Shown one piece after another: positions 57,295-64,000 of a DNA stretch of 64,000 nucleotides; the stretch's first letter is position 1; each line of letters opens with the position of its first letter. The translations under genes were made by a program, and so were the position numbers. The stretch is taken from positions 124,001 to 188,000 of IMG/VR virus record IMGVR_UViG_3300046542_000248, one strand, 5' to 3'. The notes beneath the pieces are model-generated. The model was not told the origin of the DNA and did not search any database. It saw nothing but the letters and a program-made list of their open reading frames with translations.

Positions 57295-58056
57295 ATGATT
57301 AAAATAACTAAGAAGCAGCTAGTAGATGTCATAAGTATTCCTATTATGAAACTATCTAGCAACCTAATCCTCTATCATAAGGTAAAGTTATCTCAGCCCA
57401 ATAAAATGGGTGATCGAGATTATTTCCATAAGGAATTTACCTATCAGTCAAAATATAAAGATCCTAATAAGGTTACCACTGTAAGATTAACACACTCTTC
57501 TATATTGAGTATTCAGTTTAAAGATGAATTATACTCTGATGCTTTGATTCTCAATATAACTAATAGAGACTTCTTCTGTAAGTACTTGAAGAAGATTAGA
57601 AAGGATTTAAAGAAAGACGATCTAATTCTAAAGATAGGTGATAATTATAAGATAAATAAAGACTATGGAACTAATGACATTATCGAGTTCTACAAGGATA
57701 AGTTAATAACTGCTAATCCTATGCTGATACTCAATGAGCAGTATAAAGAGCCTGAAGTTATGGTTCAACTCTGCATCGACTATAAGAACAAAACCTTTAT
57801 TGAGATTAAAGAAGATCGGTTTAAGACAATGCTCAGGTTCATCAAGAATTTTGACTTTCATCTTGCCGGACTTCTAGCAGTAACTTATTTACAATGTGCG
57901 GAAATTGGAAACCATGAATATGAATTTACTAGATCGTTATTGGAGGACTTCGATGAATTAAAGGAGCCTGACATGACTTTACAAAAAGAAAGCAATACGG
58001 GGATGGAAAAATTAAAATTACAAGGTCCTGCAATAACACAAAAAAAGGGCTGGTAA
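57295..58056 (+). CDS. Hypothetical protein
   Basis: 253-aa ORF in an early operon. Confidence 0.7.
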   Translation: MIKITKKQLVDVISIPIMKLSSNLILYHKVKLSQPNKMGDRDYFHKEFTYQSKYKDPNKVTTVRLTHSSILSIQFKDELYSDALILNITNRDFFCKYLKKIRKDLKKDDLILKIGDNYKINKDYGTNDIIEFYKDKLITANPMLILNEQYKEPEVMVQLCIDYKNKTFIEIKEDRFKTMLRFIKNFDFHLAGLLAVTYLQCAEIGNHEYEFTRSLLEDFDELKEPDMTLQKESNTGMEKLKLQGPAITQKKGW

Positions 58057-58075
58057 TGGGAGGATTGATTGACCA

Positions 58076-58891
58076 ATGTCGAAACTCAATAAGCTTAGAT
58101 ATGAACTTAAAGAGCTAACCGATTTTACGGACAGCTTCTATACATGGAGTTCGAATTTAGCAGCAATGTCGGAAAGACTATCCGATAAAATCATCAAGAT
58201 TGGTGAGTTCATGTATCGTATATATGACTTCCATGAAGTTGATGAGCTTGAACTTGGTAATGCTTATATCTTTGGCGGAGTCAAAGGGTCGTTTAGAATT
58301 AGCTATCCTTATGTATTTCCGTATCTCGGCAAGATGAAAAAGAACTCTGCCGAAGCTGGTATTTACCTTGATAAAGATGATAAAATCGTCGTCATTTATC
58401 CGCGTAATGATAAAGAACGCAAGCTGCATCACACATCGAGAATATTCGAAATTACTCCTGAGACTATTAAAGAGAAGCTCAATGAGTATCTCAATGAAGT
58501 CACAACCGAAGAACTCAAAAGTAAAGGTAGCGCTTTTGAACCTGAGATCAAAGATTCCGACGATACTGGTATTAAAGCAGTTCGCTTGGCGTTGATTGCT
58601 AAGCAGATTGAACTTGCGATATACCTTAATAAAATGGATAAAAACTGGGATAGAGCCAATACCAAGAAGGCTTTGGAAAAAGGTGATTCCCTAACATTCT
58701 TCAAACTGGATGAGTATGCTGACTTGTTCGATTTCAACTTTGGTTTGTTGATTTTCGATAAGCATACTGCTAAAGATCCAATCTCTAAAGATGGTAAAGC
58801 CATCATGATATTTAATGATGAGCATTACCCTATTAACGATGAGAATATTGAGGTAATCACGACTGTTAGTGACCTCAAGAATCTGACTTAA
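58076..58891 (+). CDS. Hypothetical protein
   Basis: GGGAGG RBS. Confidence 0.7.
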   Translation: MSKLNKLRYELKELTDFTDSFYTWSSNLAAMSERLSDKIIKIGEFMYRIYDFHEVDELELGNAYIFGGVKGSFRISYPYVFPYLGKMKKNSAEAGIYLDKDDKIVVIYPRNDKERKLHHTSRIFEITPETIKEKLNEYLNEVTTEELKSKGSAFEPEIKDSDDTGIKAVRLALIAKQIELAIYLNKMDKNWDRANTKKALEKGDSLTFFKLDEYADLFDFNFGLLIFDKHTAKDPISKDGKAIMIFNDEHYPINDENIEVITTVSDLKNLT

Positions 58892-58892
58892 T

Positions 58893-59096
58893 ATGTATAA
58901 AGTGTGGCTTAAAGAAAATTGGAAAGCCCTCTTTAATGAGGAACCTGTTGATATTAGGACTGAAATAGCCGAGACTCTAGTGAGATTCGGCTATAATACT
59001 TACACAGATTCTATCGGAGATAAGATCATAGCTATTATGAATATTAGCGGTGAGTCTGTAGAGCAAACTGTAAAATCTATATTAGGGGTGAGCTAA
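58893..59096 (+). CDS. VWLKxxWK-family paralog 1
   Basis: MYKVWLKENWK. Confidence 0.65.
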   Translation: MYKVWLKENWKALFNEEPVDIRTEIAETLVRFGYNTYTDSIGDKIIAIMNISGESVEQTVKSILGVS

Positions 59097-59393
59097 ATGA
59101 TTAGAGTATGGCTTAAACCTGATTGGAAGCAAATTCTTGGAGAAAAAGTTGCAATAGTCCAAATAGCGGGTGGGAATGTAGTTTCATACGAAAGCCCACC
59201 CAATATAAGATTAACTATCATTGACCATGATAGTCTTCAAGAAGAAATTCCTGAAGTTCTTGATGATTTAGGTTATAAGTACAATGATGATGAAGACTTC
59301 TTATCTGATTTACACGATGATGTAGTTCATGTCATTGCTAAGACTGGAAATGAGGATATCAAAAGTATTATTAAAGATATCCTAAAATTATAA
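59097..59393 (+). CDS. VWLKxxWK-family paralog 2
   Basis: MIRVWLKPDWK. Confidence 0.7.
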   Translation: MIRVWLKPDWKQILGEKVAIVQIAGGNVVSYESPPNIRLTIIDHDSLQEEIPEVLDDLGYKYNDDEDFLSDLHDDVVHVIAKTGNEDIKSIIKDILKL

Positions 59394-59408
59394 TCTGGAG
59401 GATGATCT

Positions 59409-59756
59409 ATGTTTAGAGTGTGGTTAAAAGATAACTGGAAAGAGATCTTTGCAAGTAAAACGGTAATAATTGAAATTGCAGATGGAGAAATTGCAGATTT
59501 CGAAATTCCCGAACACATGGATCTTATCGTTATCAATCACGATAATTTATATGATGATCTACCAATTGCATTAGAAAATTTAGGATATGAAGATTCTGTT
59601 ACTATGGCTCAAGAGATACATGATTTAGTTGCTGACGTTATGCGAGAAACTCAGAATGAAAATCTCGAAGCGGCAATAAAAGCTGTTCTTGCTGAGCATT
59701 ATATTGAAATAGATGATGAGGATGAAGAGGTTCTCATCACAATTGTTGAAGATTAA
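59409..59756 (+). CDS. VWLKxxWK-family paralog 3
   Basis: MFRVWLKDNWK. Confidence 0.7.
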   Translation: MFRVWLKDNWKEIFASKTVIIEIADGEIADFEIPEHMDLIVINHDNLYDDLPIALENLGYEDSVTMAQEIHDLVADVMRETQNENLEAAIKAVLAEHYIEIDDEDEEVLITIVED

Positions 59757-59854
59757 TGTATTAAGGCTATGGGAGTGTACTCATAGCCTTGTTTATATTA
59801 TTATTTATTTCCCCTTGGAATATAGATAAATACTAACTGAAAAGAGGTAATTGA

Positions 59855-61306
59855 ATGTCATATGGCATGGATTCTCACATGGAAGAAGCATTATTAAAAC
59901 TGGTAAACGAAAAACTGGATAAGAAAGATCAGCTCAAGATCAAGAAGTATCAAATGAGCGTACTATATGTATACGACCCAACCATTATCAAACAAATCTT
60001 GAAAGCCTGTAAATTCAAGGATGTTGGTAATATTTATGACTATCCGAAAGTATTCCCTAAGATGCGGATGGTTAACGGCTTCGATCTTACTGCCAATTTT
60101 GAATCATTCTTACGGATTGGCGTATCCAAGAAATTAAACACGGCGGTTATCTATAACTTCCAAGAGTATTCGTACTATTGTGTCTTCATGATTGACACTA
60201 AGATGCTCAAGAAGTTCGCCAAAGTCACTAAGCCGATCATTCAACAAGATTTATCTCAAATCAATATTTTCCAAGACGTTAGCTTCAAATGCAAACCTGG
60301 ACAATATCTTGAGGTATCTAAAGCGATCGGTAATCAAACAAAACCAGTTAATGCCGTTAAGAAAACTGTCTCTGATGAGAAGCTTGTCTTCGAAGAGAAG
60401 TCAGTTGTAAGTGAAGTTTTGGATGATATCACAAATTTCTTTACCGACGAAACCAAAGACTTCTATAAGAAAATGGATATTCCATTTAAACGTGGTTCTA
60501 TTCTTCATGGGCCGCCAGGAACAGGAAAATCTGCCGCTGTTCGTGAATTGATTCGTCGAATCGGTTCCGACGTTAGTAAAATCATTATCAGTCCAAACGT
60601 GGGATATGAGATTACGCATATCTTAGCATCAATGCTTCGTGCCTTGGACGGCAAGCCTGCAATTATCATTATTGAGGATATGGATTCTCTCATCAATGAA
60701 GAGAATCGCTCCGAGTTCCTCAATATCCTTGATGGTGTAGATGTTAAATCTGGTTCCTACATTATCGGTACTACAAACTACCCTGAACGTATTGACCCTG
60801 CATTCGTTAATCGGTCTGGTCGATTTGATCGTGCATTTAAGATCGACAATCCGACACATGCAACTAGAAAACTCTTCTTTGAGAGTAAGAATCTTAAAGA
60901 GGTTTTCAATACTGAAGAGGACATTGCTGAGATCTTCGCTAAGTTTACTGAAGGTCTTCCAATGGCTACATTGAAAGAAGTTATCACAACTGCAAAGTAC
61001 ACTCTTGCAGGTAATCCAAAACTGACTGTGACAGAAGCTGTCGAAGGTGCTACCAATAAGTTGAAATCCGACAAAGTGAAGCATATCGACGCTCACAAGC
61101 AGTTTAAGAATAAGAAGAAGAAAAATAAATTTGGATTCCAATCCAATGATGATGATGATGTGGAAGAGTTCGATACAGACAGCCTCGATGTTGTAACTGC
61201 GGCTACTGTTGAAGCGGTCAAAGTTGCTGGTAATGAAAAAGCAACTGGCTATATCAAGATCGTGAAGAAGGAAAACGCAGAAGTTGTCTTCGCTATGATT
61301 CCTTAG
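59855..61306 (+). CDS. AAA+ ATPase (classical clade, YjoB/BCS1-like)
   Basis: KRGSILHGPPGTGKS, IIIEDMD, TTNYPERIDPAF..RSGRFD. Confidence 0.88.
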   Translation: MSYGMDSHMEEALLKLVNEKLDKKDQLKIKKYQMSVLYVYDPTIIKQILKACKFKDVGNIYDYPKVFPKMRMVNGFDLTANFESFLRIGVSKKLNTAVIYNFQEYSYYCVFMIDTKMLKKFAKVTKPIIQQDLSQINIFQDVSFKCKPGQYLEVSKAIGNQTKPVNAVKKTVSDEKLVFEEKSVVSEVLDDITNFFTDETKDFYKKMDIPFKRGSILHGPPGTGKSAAVRELIRRIGSDVSKIIISPNVGYEITHILASMLRALDGKPAIIIIEDMDSLINEENRSEFLNILDGVDVKSGSYIIGTTNYPERIDPAFVNRSGRFDRAFKIDNPTHATRKLFFESKNLKEVFNTEEDIAEIFAKFTEGLPMATLKEVITTAKYTLAGNPKLTVTEAVEGATNKLKSDKVKHIDAHKQFKNKKKKNKFGFQSNDDDDVEEFDTDSLDVVTAATVEAVKVAGNEKATGYIKIVKKENAEVVFAMIP

Positions 61307-61368
61307 TCAACCATCATAAACAACGACTACCTATATGTAAAAGTATAGGTAGTCTTATTTTTTTTTTG

Positions 61369-61433
61369 CCGCAAGTAGTAGCGTATATAGGTATATATTA
61401 TTGATGAGTATAAGATAGAAATATAATCTATCT
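61369..61433 (+). repeat. Repeated early-promoter cassette, copy 1
   Basis: CCGCAAGTAGT-N12-TATATATTATT-N5-GTATAAGATAGAAATATAATCTATCT. Confidence 0.85.
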
Positions 61434-61473
61434 CATAACTCTGCTAAACATATGAAGGAGAGCTGCTAATCTT

Positions 61474-61920
61474 ATGATTACAACGACAGTAACAGCAATT
61501 GCTACACAAAAAATGGTGGATATGGAATTCGTATTCCCTACAACGGATTATGCAAAACCGATTGAATTCAAGTATGAACATGCTGAAGAATTGAAAAAAG
61601 TTTTAGCGTTCCTAGCTGAGAGAGAAGAAATTATCGTGCATGATGATCATAATAGCGGCACTGATACTCGTAAGCTTTCGGCTATTGTGGTTCTTGCAAC
61701 TGGTCATATCTGTGAATCATTTACAACTTCACGTCACTGTTTAAATCCTGTATATATTGATGACGCGAATAATAATTTGCATCTTTCAACTCTATCTTGT
61801 GCAGGTAATATTTATACAACTGACGATCCTAAGTATTATCGTAATGCAATCGCTGAATACAATAAAGGCATGCTTGGTTGGATGCCTAGTAAAAGAATTA
61901 TCGCTTACAAAATATTCTAA
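61474..61920 (+). CDS. Hypothetical protein
   Basis: AAGGAG RBS. Confidence 0.7.
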   Translation: MITTTVTAIATQKMVDMEFVFPTTDYAKPIEFKYEHAEELKKVLAFLAEREEIIVHDDHNSGTDTRKLSAIVVLATGHICESFTTSRHCLNPVYIDDANNNLHLSTLSCAGNIYTTDDPKYYRNAIAEYNKGMLGWMPSKRIIAYKIF

Positions 61921-61942
61921 TTAGAGAAAAGGATGATAACCC

Positions 61943-62254
61943 ATGAAAAACTTTATCAAAGAAGCAATTAAACTTATATATATTAAATTCGGATATTTCT
62001 TAATGATCCTTCTTGGTCTTAGTATTATCTTTAACAGAACTTCTGAAATCAATGGCTGGATTGGAATGCCAATCGTAGTTATCATTATGCTAACTGCATT
62101 ATTCACTATGGTGATGGTTGAGTTTAATGATGATAAAGATTCATTCACAGTTAGATTCCTTAGAAGATTCACAAAGATAGATGTACTGCTTGCTTGTGTA
62201 TTAATAATCTTCTACATAGGCGCTTGTAATGGCTGGGTAGATATGGTACAATAG
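61943..62254 (+). CDS. Small multi-TM membrane protein
   Basis: Three hydrophobic segments. Confidence 0.65.
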   Translation: MKNFIKEAIKLIYIKFGYFLMILLGLSIIFNRTSEINGWIGMPIVVIIMLTALFTMVMVEFNDDKDSFTVRFLRRFTKIDVLLACVLIIFYIGACNGWVDMVQ

Positions 62255-62272
62255 ATTCATAGGAAAGAGTTA

Positions 62273-62337
62273 CCGCAAGTAGTGGGCTTCACAGCTATAT
62301 ATTATTATTGGGTATAAGATAGAAATATAATCTATCT
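62273..62337 (+). repeat. Repeated early-promoter cassette, copy 2
   Basis: Same three blocks and same spacing as 61369-61433. Confidence 0.85.
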
Positions 62338-62374
62338 TAACTATAAACTAACTAGCCTTAAGGAGGCAAACAAA

Positions 62375-62842
62375 ATGAAAATCACTATTAACAAAACAGA
62401 AATGGTAAAAATCAACGGACTGGTAAAAACAATCTTTGAAAAGGTAGTCGCTGATCTTGGATTAACGGCAGGAATTGAAGCTGGTGCTTTCGATGTAATC
62501 GTTGATATGTTCAACCAAGAAGGTCCGGTTGATACTGGAACTGCAATTGTCACTGTATCTGTAACTGGCGAAGAATTAACAGTTGAAATCAAGGAAGAGT
62601 TCCTTGATAACTACTTAGAATTAATGAACGACATTGCAACTGACGTGCTGGCATTTGCAGTTACACATAAAGAAATCCTAATGCTTGGTGCTAGAAAAGC
62701 TGTAAACTCAATCGTTGGAAAAATGAGAGCGGTAGTAATGTCCACAATGTACAAATACTTCTTGCCAATCATGGAACCAGGTAAAGCGCTTATGGTTACA
62801 GTTCAAGGAAGATTCGAGAAGTTCGTTGAGAAATGCCTATAA
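62375..62842 (+). CDS. Hypothetical protein
   Basis: AAGGAGG RBS; UUCG-loop terminator at 62861-62890. Confidence 0.7.
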   Translation: MKITINKTEMVKINGLVKTIFEKVVADLGLTAGIEAGAFDVIVDMFNQEGPVDTGTAIVTVSVTGEELTVEIKEEFLDNYLELMNDIATDVLAFAVTHKEILMLGARKAVNSIVGKMRAVVMSTMYKYFLPIMEPGKALMVTVQGRFEKFVEKCL

Positions 62843-62936
62843 TATCGCATTCATAAAATGGAGAATGGGACTTCGGTTCCATTCTCTTTATTTAATTTAA
62901 AATTTTTTCTACGTTCCACGAGTCGAAAGTCGTATA

Positions 62937-62950
62937 AAATATATATTATT
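62937..62950 (+). promoter_or_regulatory. Early-type promoter motif
   Basis: AAATATATATTATT. Confidence 0.75.
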
Positions 62951-63050
62951 ATAGAGTATCCCACATAGATGATTAATGCCATCTTAATTTATTTTATCAG
63001 ATGGACCAATAATCCAGAGATACTGGTGAGGTTTATGAAAGGAATCTATT

Positions 63051-63383
63051 GTGGGTGATTTAGCTATGAAGTACGAGTTTAAAGGTATTGATTTTGATAT
63101 TGATGAAGAGAAAGATGAGAATGGAGTTGTAGTATTTTCATGTATTAACGAAGCACATATACATCCAGTATTTCTCCGTACAAACAATGTAAACATGTTT
63201 CAGTACAAAATTGGAGATGGAGATGACGACGAAGTTGAATGGGGTTGCTGCACAAGCAAGACTCAACTTGTAGAAAATTTTATAGATGCCGCTAATATAT
63301 GTGATAGACTAGATGGTGATTTCACTATTCCTAGTTGGTATGATAGCACTGATGCTTTACTGCATTACATAGAGTGGGTATGA
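63051..63383 (+). CDS. Hypothetical acidic protein
   Basis: ORF after an early promoter; GAAAGG RBS. Confidence 0.6.
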   Translation: MGDLAMKYEFKGIDFDIDEEKDENGVVVFSCINEAHIHPVFLRTNNVNMFQYKIGDGDDDEVEWGCCTSKTQLVENFIDAANICDRLDGDFTIPSWYDSTDALLHYIEWV

Positions 63384-63493
63384 CTCACTTAGAGGAGAGA
63401 TATAATTCTCTCCTCTTTATTTTTTATAGACAAGGAAAAATTAATTTTGTCCAAAACTTTCTATTAGAAAGTAAACTTAAAGGAGTGAAATAT

Positions 63494-63808
63494 ATGTTAA
63501 TGAAGCCACGCCCATGTGCTTATTGTGATTCTCTTGCATATGCAATTGATCCTATTAGATTTTGGATGACCCACAGATATGATGGCTTCTTTAATTCTAC
63601 AAGACGAATAGCTTTACCATATGCTGGCTGTTCACGTTGCCATAGAAAAGTAACTGGTATGACTAAGGATGAAGCTATTAAAAATTGGAATAAAATAACA
63701 AATTTCATAGCACCATTACTTTATAATAATTCGCATAGTTATTTCAATAATCTACGTAAAGCAGGAGGTCTATATGGAAGCTATACTTCATTCATGCCCG
63801 TTCTGTGA
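63494..63808 (+). CDS. Lar (restriction alleviation)-like zinc-finger protein
   Basis: KPRPCAYC...CSRC...TKDEAIKNWN; AAGGAG RBS before ATG 63494. Confidence 0.65.
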   Translation: MLMKPRPCAYCDSLAYAIDPIRFWMTHRYDGFFNSTRRIALPYAGCSRCHRKVTGMTKDEAIKNWNKITNFIAPLLYNNSHSYFNNLRKAGGLYGSYTSFMPVL

Positions 63809-64000
63809 TTTTAGTGCAGAGATTAAAAAGACCATAGATCTATATGCAGATAATCCGCATTTATTTGTGCAAGATAGATCTAGAAAATTTGTTATTCATT
63901 GTACTAATTGTAAAGTGGAAATGTTTGGATCATCCAAGGAAGCATTAATTGAAACATGGAATAATCAACGAGATAGAATATCAATGCTACAATATGCAAA
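63774..64000 (+). CDS. Second Lar-like zinc-finger protein, 3'-truncated (not in the ORF track)
   Basis: GGAGG RBS; MEAILHSCPFC...IHCTNC...SKEALIETWN. Confidence 0.65.
   Translation, partial: MEAILHSCPFCDFSAEIKKTIDLYADNPHLFVQDRSRKFVIHCTNCKVEMFGSSKEALIETWNNQRDRISMLQYA

Noticed and set aside
1-64000. tRNA genes, CRISPR arrays, introns/inteins, alternative genetic code
   Set aside because: No cloverleaf/T-loop pattern or regularly spaced repeats were seen. Core genes are uninterrupted and of expected size. TAA, TAG and TGA all end genes in a densely tiled standard-code map.

Overview
This is a 64-kb, AT-rich, gene-dense segment of a jumbo myovirus related to phiKZ and AR9/PBS1. Strong GGAGG Shine-Dalgarno sites, frequent TTG/GTG starts, a YopX-like gene and a YjoB-like ATPase suggest a Firmicutes (Bacillota) host. 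It encodes five pieces of two split multisubunit RNA polymerases: three probable non-virion and two probable virion subunits. Replication and metabolism genes include GyrB/GyrA-type topoisomerase II, SF1 and SF2 helicases, RecA/UvsX, NAD-dependent ligase, a two-domain ThyX, an FtsZ/tubulin-family GTPase and a membrane-anchored lytic transglycosylase. The morphogenesis core comprises prohead protease, major capsid, terminase, sheath, tube and portal. Two promoter classes can be read directly: AAATATATATTATT (early-type, about 16 copies) and AACA-N6-TR (AR9-type late, about 10 copies). The most notable unexplained elements are: (1) a ~300-nt, extensively base-paired non-coding RNA with its own late promoter and terminator (23993-24342); (2) a Y-x-R-x-x-x-G-[YF]-I repeat shared between an RNAP subunit tail and an insertion in the SF2 helicase; (3) a pair of acidic, armless, tandem HU-like proteins; (4) an ImmA/IrrE-like protease triplet with one dead copy; (5) a tubulin operon whose partner has Q/N-rich tails; (6) ThyX alongside promoters of a type that AR9 reads through uracil. 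All assignments come from motifs recognised by eye; no database searches were run.
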